This document shows, piece by piece, positions 42,861 to 50,765 of a stretch of 64,000 nt of DNA. The DNA lies in assembly GCA_024102915.1 (NCBI GenBank), contig JAGFJG010000016.1, positions 22,263-86,262 of the forward strand, read 5' to 3'. This stretch comes from Caldilineales bacterium (lineage in GTDB: Bacteria; Chloroflexota; Anaerolineae; J102). Numbering within the stretch: the stretch's first letter is position 1; the number at the start of each line of letters is the position of its first letter. The notes beneath the pieces are model-generated. The model was not told the origin of the DNA, searched no databases, and saw nothing but the letters and a program-made list of their open reading frames with translations. A program made the position numbers and the translations under genes.

Positions 42861-45800
42861 TCAGAATGATCGTCGTTGGGGCAAAAGGGCTACTTTCGGC
42901 GGGTCGAGGGCGGCGCGGGGTTTGGGGCCTTTATCCTTCTCATGCTGCACAAAGATGCGCACTTCCTCGCTTTCCTGTTCATTGCCGGCCGTGTCGAAGG
43001 CGACAGCCTTGAACACGTGGGTTTCGGTATAACCGCCCGAATCGTGGATGATGCCAAAGCCGTTGTCGAATGTCTTGATCACTCGATTGGGTTCGTTGGG
43101 ATCGACCGTGACCGAACTGACGATCTTTTCCTGGGCGGTGACGGTTCCGTCGGCGTTTGTAATTATCTCGGTGGCGCGCACCTCGCCCTCGGCCAGGCTT
43201 GGCGGGCGGTCCACCATTTTGATCGTCCAGCGGGCGTTGTACGGAGCAACAGTGGTTGTGACGATGGGCGAGTCGTCGAGATAGAAGACCACCTTGTCCA
43301 TCGACCAGTCATCGGTAGCGAGGGCGTTGAGGTTCACCCATTCGTCATCCTCCATCACATACGTCCGGCCATTGGCAGGCCCGATCATGTTGACGGTGGG
43401 CGGATCATTATCCACGGTGAGGGGGATGGCGTTTTGGCGGACATTGCCGCTGTTCTCGATCACGCTCAGACGCAGGGTGAATGGCCCATTCAGCCCGGTC
43501 GTGTCCCAATATTCCAAGGGGCCACGATCCACCTGGTTGTAGTGGTCGGGGCCAATCTGCTGCCAGTTTTGCGGTTGCAGGCCCTGGCCGAAATGAAGCT
43601 GGTACAGCCGAAAATCGCCGTTGCGGGCATTGCCCAGGATGTCGAAGCCGCCTTTGACGTAGCTAAATGGCGCGGGCTGAGCGATTGCCACTTCCTCGCT
43701 GGTGAAGACGGCACCGTAGGTATCGTCGAATTCGCGCGGCGGCAATTCCAGATTCCCGGCCTCAGCCTGCTCGTTCGCCCAATCGGCGGCCACAGGCGGA
43801 TAAACGCGATAGACGCGGCGTTCGATCAATTCCGGCGGCGTATAGGGCGTGGCCAGCCGCCCATTTTCACGATTGATCTCGAACACCTGATACACATTGT
43901 CGTAAGTGGTGGGCTCGGTGCCGGCGATGAACAATTCGGTTTTGCGGCGCTGGCACAGATCGGTGGGCAAAAGCCCGCTGTCCACGCAAACTGTCTTGCG
44001 TACCATGCCCTCCGGCTCTTCCCATCCTTCCACCGGCATGCCCTCGTGGGCGGCCTCCATGATATCGTAGAAAATCGGCGCCGCCCCGACCGAACCGGAA
44101 ATGCGATCCATAGGGGCGTTATCGGCATTGCCGACCCACACACCCACAGCAATCTGCGGCGATGCGCCCAGCGTCCAGCTATCCCGATAATCATTGGTCG
44201 TGCCTGTCTTGGCGATGATAGGACGATCGGGCAGTTGCAGATACCGGGAGTAGATGCCGAACGCTGCCGGGCGCGGTGCGGGATCGCTCAGGATGTTATC
44301 CATCAAATAACCCAACTGCGGACTGATCACGCGCAGTTCGTCCGGGCCATCATATTTATAGAGGATGGAACCCGTGCGGTCGCGCACTTCCAGCACCGAA
44401 ACCGGGTCGAGCGTGCGGTAACCTGGGCGCAGATTCTCTTCCGCGATCGCCTCGCCTTTCATAACGCCATTGTTTGCCAGAGTGGCGAAGACATAGGCCA
44501 TATCCAGCAACTTGACTTCACCGCCGCCTAGCGTCAGGCTCAGGCCATAATAATCCTTGTTCAGACTGGTGATGCCCATGCGGTGCGCCATATTGACCAC
44601 GTTCTTAACCCCGACCTGATTCATCACCCACACGGCTGGGATGTTGTACGAACGCTGCAAGGCGTCACGCAGGCTGACGACTCCGTGATAATTGCGGTCG
44701 TAGTTTTCGGGCGTGTAGGGCTCGACGGCGTCGGGGAAGACCTGGCGCACATCCATCACTGCGGTGGCTGCGTTCAAGCCCTGGCTGAATCCGGTGAGGT
44801 AGGTCAGCGGCTTGAAGGAGGAGCCGGGCTGGCGGTCGGCCAGGGCGATATTCACTTCGCCATCGATCTCAGCATTGTTGTAGTCCAGGGACCCCAGCAT
44901 TGCCAATATCTCGCCGGTCTTGGCATCAAGCACCACGGCGGCGGCATTCGACACCTTGGCCTCGTCATCATTTTTGATCACTCGAATGCCCTCTGCCGGT
45001 TCCAACTTCTCGCAACCGGGCAGGTCGGGGTTTTCGCCGTTGACATGAGCGATGCGCTGGCGGGCGATGCAGGCGACTTTCTCCTGCATGTCTACGTCCA
45101 GCGTTGTGATCACCGTGAGACCGTTGCGCCAGATAAAGAAGGGATCTTCGGGCGTATTGAACTTGCGCTTGACCTCTTCCAGGGCATACAGGGCGAAATG
45201 CGGGGCGATATCGATGTCGAAGCGTTCCAATGCGGATTCTCGCACCTGGAGTTCCTCGGCGAATGCGGCATCAGCCTGCTCCTGGGTGATGTAGCCCGCC
45301 TCGACCATCGAGGTGAGCACTTTGCCCTGCCGCCGCTTGGCATCCTCAGGCGCTTGAATCGGGTTCAGGCCGGGGAACTGGGGCAGCGCCGCCAGCATGG
45401 AAGCTTCAGCCAGGTCAATCTCGCTGGCTGATTTTCCAAAGTAGATCTGCGAAGCCGACTCGATCCCATAGCTGAAATTACCGTAGAAATTGTTGTTTAA
45501 ATACCATTCCAGAATCTGTTCTTTGGAGAACTGATTGGTCAGTTCCACGGCCATGAGCGCTTCCTTAATTTTGCGAGTATAGGAACGCTCATATTGCTCT
45601 TCCAGCGTGAAGAAATTCTGCTTGATCAGCTGTTGCGTGATGCTGGACGCGCCCTGAATCTGGCCGCCCTGAACATTCTGGACAAAGGCGCGGGCGATAC
45701 CGCGCGGATTGACGCCGGGGTTGGTCCAGAACGAGCGATCTTCCAGCGCCACGGTGGCGTTGATCAGGTAAGGGCTGATCTCGTCCAGGGCCATATAGGT

Positions 45801-46115
45801 GCGGTCGCCACGGAAGGGCCGGGGATCGATGCTCTCGAACAACAGGTGCTGGCCCGTGCGATCGTAAATTTTGACCGTCTCGAAATGTTCCTGTTCGGTG
45901 ACGATGCTGCTGGGGTCTGGCAGGTCACGCGTGAAGTAAACATAGACGCCGCCCGCCACAGCGGCGGCAGCGGCTGTCGATACAAGTGTGAGAATCAAAG
46001 CTGCCACCAGGGCGATCGCCGTAATGCGGGCGACAGTCACCCAGCCTGGGGTGCGGCTGGCTTCCGCCCGGCGACGAATACGCCTGGTGATCATGATGCG
46101 AGTTGAACGATTCAT
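42861..46115 (-). CDS. Class A penicillin-binding protein (PBP1A: glycosyltransferase plus transpeptidase) with a long C-terminal Ig-like extension
   Basis: GT51 motifs EDRSFWTNPGVNPRG, GASSITQQL and RKIKEAL. Transpeptidase motifs SSFKP (SxxK), SYN (SxN) and KTGTT. One N-terminal TM helix. Start placed at ATG 46115; the track begins at TTG 46136. Confidence 0.85.
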   Translation of the reverse strand: MNRSTRIMITRRIRRRAEASRTPGWVTVARITAIALVAALILTLVSTAAAAAVAGGVYVYFTRDLPDPSSIVTEQEHFETVKIYDRTGQHLLFESIDPRPFRGDRTYMALDEISPYLINATVALEDRSFWTNPGVNPRGIARAFVQNVQGGQIQGASSITQQLIKQNFFTLEEQYERSYTRKIKEALMAVELTNQFSKEQILEWYLNNNFYGNFSYGIESASQIYFGKSASEIDLAEASMLAALPQFPGLNPIQAPEDAKRRQGKVLTSMVEAGYITQEQADAAFAEELQVRESALERFDIDIAPHFALYALEEVKRKFNTPEDPFFIWRNGLTVITTLDVDMQEKVACIARQRIAHVNGENPDLPGCEKLEPAEGIRVIKNDDEAKVSNAAAVVLDAKTGEILAMLGSLDYNNAEIDGEVNIALADRQPGSSFKPLTYLTGFSQGLNAATAVMDVRQVFPDAVEPYTPENYDRNYHGVVSLRDALQRSYNIPAVWVMNQVGVKNVVNMAHRMGITSLNKDYYGLSLTLGGGEVKLLDMAYVFATLANNGVMKGEAIAEENLRPGYRTLDPVSVLEVRDRTGSILYKYDGPDELRVISPQLGYLMDNILSDPAPRPAAFGIYSRYLQLPDRPIIAKTGTTNDYRDSWTLGASPQIAVGVWVGNADNAPMDRISGSVGAAPIFYDIMEAAHEGMPVEGWEEPEGMVRKTVCVDSGLLPTDLCQRRKTELFIAGTEPTTYDNVYQVFEINRENGRLATPYTPPELIERRVYRVYPPVAADWANEQAEAGNLELPPREFDDTYGAVFTSEEVAIAQPAPFSYVKGGFDILGNARNGDFRLYQLHFGQGLQPQNWQQIGPDHYNQVDRGPLEYWDTTGLNGPFTLRLSVIENSGNVRQNAIPLTVDNDPPTVNMIGPANGRTYVMEDDEWVNLNALATDDWSMDKVVFYLDDSPIVTTTVAPYNARWTIKMVDRPPSLAEGEVRATEIITNADGTVTAQEKIVSSVTVDPNEPNRVIKTFDNGFGIIHDSGGYTETHVFKAVAFDTAGNEQESEEVRIFVQHEKDKGPKPRAALDPPKVALLPQRRSF

Positions 46116-46249
46116 TCGTAGGTGATATCCGGACAAGGTTAAGGGCGGTGGTAAGACCGCCCTTTTGATGCGAACGCTTATTCTAGCACGGCGCTCGCGT
46201 CGGCGGCAAAGCCGATCTCAATACGCTGCGACCGATGTCGGGGTTCCCC

Positions 46250-46292
46250 GGCAACAACAAAGCCCCCGGTACGGGTGCATCACCGGGGGCTT
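46250..46292 (-). terminator. Terminator-like hairpin downstream of the minus-strand cytochrome operon
   Basis: AAGCCCCCGGT (46260-46270) pairs with ACCGGGGGCTT (46282-46292) around an 11-nt loop. TTGTTGTTG follows on the minus strand. Confidence 0.5.
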
Positions 46293-46300
46293 GAATAACA

Positions 46301-46470
46301 AACTAGGCTGAAGTCACAACAAGAACAGTAGTTTTTTACTCGACGATGGACGACCGACGATAGACGATGGAACTCGCTTTGTCAGTGCTTCCGCCATCGT
46401 CCATCGTCAATGGTCTATCGTCAACGATTGGTCAAAGGTAGCGGTCTCAAACTAACGTCAGTTTAGGTTA
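46301..46470. repeat. MITE-like ~170-bp palindromic repeat element, copy B (inverted relative to copy A)
   Basis: Its reverse complement aligns with 10666-10822 at about 88% identity (19 differences in ~157 nt, hand alignment). The right end abuts the stop codon (46471-46473) of the NapC/NirT-like gene. Confidence 0.75.
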
Positions 46471-48054
46471 TTAGTTGGTCAGCACAGGCGCCAGCTTGTG
46501 GCATTCCGTACAGGCTTCCGCCGGAAATCCCTCGGTCACATGGAATTCGGTGTAGGGGCGCAGACCGTCGGGGCCATGACAGTTGAGACATTGGCCGATG
46601 CGCTGATCATCCAGCGGGTGCGGGATGCGCGGCACGAATTCGGCATCCGGCGTTGGCGCTTCGATCACCGGCTCCGACGACTCTGTCGGTTCGGGCAAAT
46701 AGCTACGCAAACCCGGCGCATTCAATCCGGCGTAAACCCATTTGGTGCCATGACAAGCGCTGTTGGCGCAGAAGGAACTATTATCGGAGCCGCCGCGATT
46801 GTACGTGCTGTGACAGCCCACGCAGGTCTCATCGAACTCTTCGCGGTGGCGGGCCAACCAGTTGCTGTCCATGTGCGATTCTGGCTCCGTACCGCTTTCC
46901 AGGGCGATGACAGGGGCGGGCAGACCAGGACCGGCCACGCGCGGGATCGAATGGCAGATGTTGCATTCCAGGCGGATGGTTTCGCCCTCGGGGCTGACAT
47001 GTTTGCCGTCGTGGCAGCGGAAACAGCCGGGGTCTTCAAGATGCCCGACATTGTTGGGATGCGTCTCCCAACCGACCTGCATCTCCGGGAAGAAGGACTC
47101 CCCGGCCTGTCGCTTGATCTCCTCGATTGCTTTGGCGATCAGCGCTCGGTTTTGCTCGTAGTATTCAGGATAAGTCGTCTTGTACCACGTATCCAGATTC
47201 TCGACAGCGGCATTGAGAGTCTCATGGCTTTCATGTTTACTGGTGAGGATGTTGACTGCCTGGGCCCGGATAAAGGGAATGCTAGGGTCGATGATGCCCT
47301 TGGAAATCGCCTCATCGATGGAACGGTTGGGGTGTTCGAATTTGTGAGAGATGCGGTTATGGCAGTCGATACAATCCATCCGTCGCAGGTTTTGCTCATT
47401 CTCGGCCACATACTCAGGCGTGATATCCGATTCCAGATCGTAGTATTCGGTGACGCGCCCCTCAGCATCCACCTCGCGCACATAGGGGATATCCTGCTTG
47501 AGAGGATCGTTGGGCAGGAACCAGACCTCATTTTCGACATGCCAGTGGATGCCACGGCCCAGGCCCTCGCGGGAGCTGCCGCCGCCCGTTTTCAGGGCGA
47601 GAATCGTACGGCGTTCGGTGTTTCTTTCGTCATTGCCAAAACTTTGGATTTCCTTAACCGAATCATTGGAAAACTTGTCTGGGTTGTGACACTGTTCGCA
47701 GGTATCGCGGGCAGGGCGAAGATTCCTCACATAGATCGGGATCTCATAATCCTGGGTCAGTGCGTAGACAACGTGCCGCACTTCCATCGCCTTGCGCGGC
47801 AACGCCCGCAATACCGATTCCTGGCCCAGATGGCAATCGACGCAGGCCACGCGGGCGTGCGGCGAATGTTGGTAGGCGACATATTCTGGCGGCATCGTGT
47901 GACAGGTGGTGCCGCAAAACTCCGTGCTATTGGTGTATTCCCAGGCCGTCACGCCGCCCGCGAAGACGGCCATGCCTATGAGCAAGAGAATGAAGAGCGA
48001 GACGAGAGTGAGTTTCCAGTGTTCTCTCACCCAGCGGAAGAATCGGCGGATCAT
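46471..48054 (-). CDS. NapC/NirT-family membrane-anchored multihaem cytochrome c, extended (10 haem motifs)
   Basis: An N-terminal TM helix is followed by the NapC/NirT-like tetrahaem spacing. Eight CxxCH motifs are present (CVDCH, CEQCH, CIDCH, CFRCH, CNICH, CVGCH, CLNCH, CTECH). Two variants are also present: CGTTCH (Cx3CH) and CANSACH (Cx4CH). Confidence 0.8.
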   Translation of the reverse strand: MIRRFFRWVREHWKLTLVSLFILLLIGMAVFAGGVTAWEYTNSTEFCGTTCHTMPPEYVAYQHSPHARVACVDCHLGQESVLRALPRKAMEVRHVVYALTQDYEIPIYVRNLRPARDTCEQCHNPDKFSNDSVKEIQSFGNDERNTERRTILALKTGGGSSREGLGRGIHWHVENEVWFLPNDPLKQDIPYVREVDAEGRVTEYYDLESDITPEYVAENEQNLRRMDCIDCHNRISHKFEHPNRSIDEAISKGIIDPSIPFIRAQAVNILTSKHESHETLNAAVENLDTWYKTTYPEYYEQNRALIAKAIEEIKRQAGESFFPEMQVGWETHPNNVGHLEDPGCFRCHDGKHVSPEGETIRLECNICHSIPRVAGPGLPAPVIALESGTEPESHMDSNWLARHREEFDETCVGCHSTYNRGGSDNSSFCANSACHGTKWVYAGLNAPGLRSYLPEPTESSEPVIEAPTPDAEFVPRIPHPLDDQRIGQCLNCHGPDGLRPYTEFHVTEGFPAEACTECHKLAPVLTN

Positions 48055-48176
48055 ACGGAAGGATTACCTCGGAGGGATAGTCAGACATCGGGCGACAATA
48101 GCGCCCTGATAATGCTGATAATAACTCAAATTCAATGCAAGCCGCCAATCCAAATCTGGAGCGTTCGGAACGGAAC

Positions 48177-49541
48177 CTAGTTGTTGGGCGCACCGGCGGC
48201 AATCCACAATCGAACACGTTCCAGTTGTTCAGGCGTAAGACGGGTGGGATGCGCTTCGACGGGCATAGACTGTACAAGCAACAGGCGGCTGTGATCAGGA
48301 TCGCCGGGAATAATGACAGGCCCGGAAGCTCCGCCCTGCATCAGGCTGCGATAGCTGATCAGGTTGAGTGAACTGCTGGTACCGTGGCAGGCGACGCACT
48401 TGGCATTGATGATGGGACGGATCGAGGATGCAAAACTGGGAATGTCCAACGCCTCGACAGTGGGGAGTTCGCCATTGTTCGTTTCGAGCAATACATGACA
48501 ACTCAGGCAGGTCTCATTCCCCAAAGCCAACTCGTCATGGAAAGGCGTAAAGGGTTGGATGGCGCCCAGGCCGTGACAGGAAAGACAGTCCTCGCGTCCT
48601 TCGCTGATGGCATGGGGAATTGGCGGCGCTGCTGACCGCCGAGCCGTCATTGCCTGCTCTGGATCAGGCGTGGGCGTGGGCGTCGGCGTCGCTCGCACGA
48701 ATGCCTCGCCTTGCTCCGGCAGAGGCGGCACGGTGGCAATGGCAGTCTGCTCGTAAGTGATGAAAAAGTAAAGGACGACGACGAAAATCAGGGTCGAGAC
48801 AAAAGCGAAGGGCAGATAAATGCGTTCACGGCGGCGGATCACCTCTCGCGGCGGCTCCGGTCGGACATCCCCGGCCTCGATTCGTTCCAGCTCGCGGCCA
48901 TGTTCGTGCTCCATTTGCTCGCGCGTGAGCTTGCCGGTGAAGATGCTGCGATTGAAGGTCTTGAGATGGACGTTGTACATATGCCAGACCACAATCGCCA
49001 GAAAAGCCAGGAGGGCTTCGCCGCCATGGGCGGCCTTCGCCGCCGGAATCCAACTGCCTGGGAAAAACCGGGTGATTGAGATCGGGTTCCAGAGCATGAA
49101 CCCAGTCAACACCATCACCCCTGTGCCCCAGACCACCGCCCAGTACTCCAGCTTTTCCTCAAAGCTATAGCGATCGTACTTGGGGCGATTACGGGCCAAC
49201 CCCAGATTGTAACGGATGGCATCGATGAAATCGATCACGTCCTGGAACGAAGGCAGCATAGCGGGCGAGACGCGGCGGACATAGAGCTTGTATCCCACAG
49301 CTAGAATGTGATAGGCGCTTTCGATGATCATGATGATGGCGGCGAGGCGATGGATGATCCGCACAGTCTCGACCCCGCCCATCCAATTGATCATCGTCAT
49401 CGCCCAGGGCGCGGGCGCGTATTTCTGGGGGATGCCGGTGATGACCAGAACCGTAAACGAAACCAACAGCAGCAGGTGTTCCACCCGATCCATGCGGGCG
49501 AAACGCACATAATACTCCTTCACTTTAGAATTGGCGCTCAT
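48177..49541 (-). CDS. FdnI/HydC-like b-type cytochrome membrane subunit fused to a C-terminal trihaem c domain
   Basis: N-terminal RFARMDRVEHLLLLVSFTVLVITG plus 4-5 helices with conserved His (IIH, AHGGE..WHMY), as in formate-dehydrogenase-gamma / Ni-Fe hydrogenase cytochrome b. The tail has CLSCH, CLSCH and CVACHG...GGASGPVIIPGDPDHSRLL, which resembles the Planctomycete-type cytochrome c domain. Confidence 0.75.
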   Translation of the reverse strand: MSANSKVKEYYVRFARMDRVEHLLLLVSFTVLVITGIPQKYAPAPWAMTMINWMGGVETVRIIHRLAAIIMIIESAYHILAVGYKLYVRRVSPAMLPSFQDVIDFIDAIRYNLGLARNRPKYDRYSFEEKLEYWAVVWGTGVMVLTGFMLWNPISITRFFPGSWIPAAKAAHGGEALLAFLAIVVWHMYNVHLKTFNRSIFTGKLTREQMEHEHGRELERIEAGDVRPEPPREVIRRRERIYLPFAFVSTLIFVVVLYFFITYEQTAIATVPPLPEQGEAFVRATPTPTPTPDPEQAMTARRSAAPPIPHAISEGREDCLSCHGLGAIQPFTPFHDELALGNETCLSCHVLLETNNGELPTVEALDIPSFASSIRPIINAKCVACHGTSSSLNLISYRSLMQGGASGPVIIPGDPDHSRLLLVQSMPVEAHPTRLTPEQLERVRLWIAAGAPNN

Positions 49542-50668
49542 GCTCCCTCCCCTCCGTGTCCCTGGTCATGTCCCCGACCAAAGATGCGGCCCACGATGCG
49601 CCGGATGGCATCGAGTGAGACGAATGCGATCATGAAACCGATCGTGCCGGGAATGATCAGCAGATAGAACAGGTTGATGTAGTAGACCAGGGGGTTGTGT
49701 TCTTTGTCCGGGATATAGTGGCTGGTCCAGGAGGTGGGGAAGTTGGCGTCGGCATCGGGATGGCAGCGCTGGCATGTCACCAGCAGATTCTCTTTGACGA
49801 CCAAGGCATTCGGATCATCGATCGCCTTGATATTGTGGATGCCATGACAGTCATAACAGACTGCCTTGTTGGTTAGCTGATCGGGTGACTGCCGCTCGAA
49901 TAGCGTGACCGTCGTGCCGTGGAAATCAGCCACATAGGTATTGAACACATCGGTCGAAATCCCATACTTCGACATCAATGCTTCATCGGCATGGCATTCG
50001 CCGCACAACTCCGGCGATTTGATGCGGAATTCGGCTGTGCGCGGGTCTTCCATGCTGTGCACCCCATGACAATCCACGCAAGTGGGCACATCCGGATTGC
50101 TCTCATCGAACAAAGCGGCGCCATGAACGCTTTCTTTATAATTATCGAAGATCGTGGCGTGGCACTGGCTGCAAGTGGCCGAAACCTGCTGGCGAGGTTC
50201 GTGGGGATTGCTTATATCATGGCTGCCATGACAATCGGTGCAAATGGCCGCATCGCGGTTGCCGCCCGCCAGCAACTTGGCATGCATCGAGTCCAGGGTG
50301 GCGTCGTATTGCTCGGAATGGCAGTTACGACAGGCCTCATAACGGTCGATCTGGAAGTCGCGGCGGCTGTTCGCATTGAGCGGCGGATGCGGATAACCGG
50401 AGATATTTGTATGGCAGGCGGTGCAGGTCAGGTGCTCTTGCCCGTGAACCGAATCACTGAAAACTTCGGCATCGACATAGAGCGACATCACCTCGCCATT
50501 CGCCAGTTCGATCTCGCGGTCGGGAATGCCATGACAGGCAAGACATGTATTGTTGGGATCGCCGCTCTGGGCTGGCGGGGCGGCTTGCGTTGTTGGAATT
50601 CCGGCAAGAAAAAGGAGCGCCAGGGCCAGGGTGAGGGCCGCGATGGGCAGGCGGGAAAGGAAGGGCAT
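49538..50668 (-). CDS. Nonahaem c-type cytochrome with signal peptide and C-terminal membrane anchor
   Basis: Nine CxxCH motifs (CLACH, CTACH, CRNCH, CTDCH, CSQCH, CVDCH, CGECH, CYDCH, CQRCH). Signal peptide ...AGIPTTQA. C-terminal helix LFYLLIIPGTIGFMIAFVSL. The stop overlaps the cytochrome b start by 4 nt. Confidence 0.85.
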   Translation of the reverse strand: MPFLSRLPIAALTLALALLFLAGIPTTQAAPPAQSGDPNNTCLACHGIPDREIELANGEVMSLYVDAEVFSDSVHGQEHLTCTACHTNISGYPHPPLNANSRRDFQIDRYEACRNCHSEQYDATLDSMHAKLLAGGNRDAAICTDCHGSHDISNPHEPRQQVSATCSQCHATIFDNYKESVHGAALFDESNPDVPTCVDCHGVHSMEDPRTAEFRIKSPELCGECHADEALMSKYGISTDVFNTYVADFHGTTVTLFERQSPDQLTNKAVCYDCHGIHNIKAIDDPNALVVKENLLVTCQRCHPDADANFPTSWTSHYIPDKEHNPLVYYINLFYLLIIPGTIGFMIAFVSLDAIRRIVGRIFGRGHDQGHGGEGA

Positions 50669-50693
50669 TGAAGTGAGTCAGCGGGAGGGGTAA

Positions 50694-50754
50694 AGGTATT
50701 GGTAAATTGGGTATCGGATATTAGGGGCTATCGGCCAAATACCCAATACCCAAT
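50694..50754. repeat. Heptamer-based hairpin inside the cytochrome operon (28-haem / 9-haem spacer)
   Basis: ATTGGGTAT (50706-50714) is perfectly complementary to ATACCCAAT (50739-50747). The flanks read GGTATTG GTAAATT GGGTATC GGATATT ... ACCCAAT ACCCAAT. Confidence 0.55.
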
Positions 50755-50765
50755 CAGTTTTCAAC

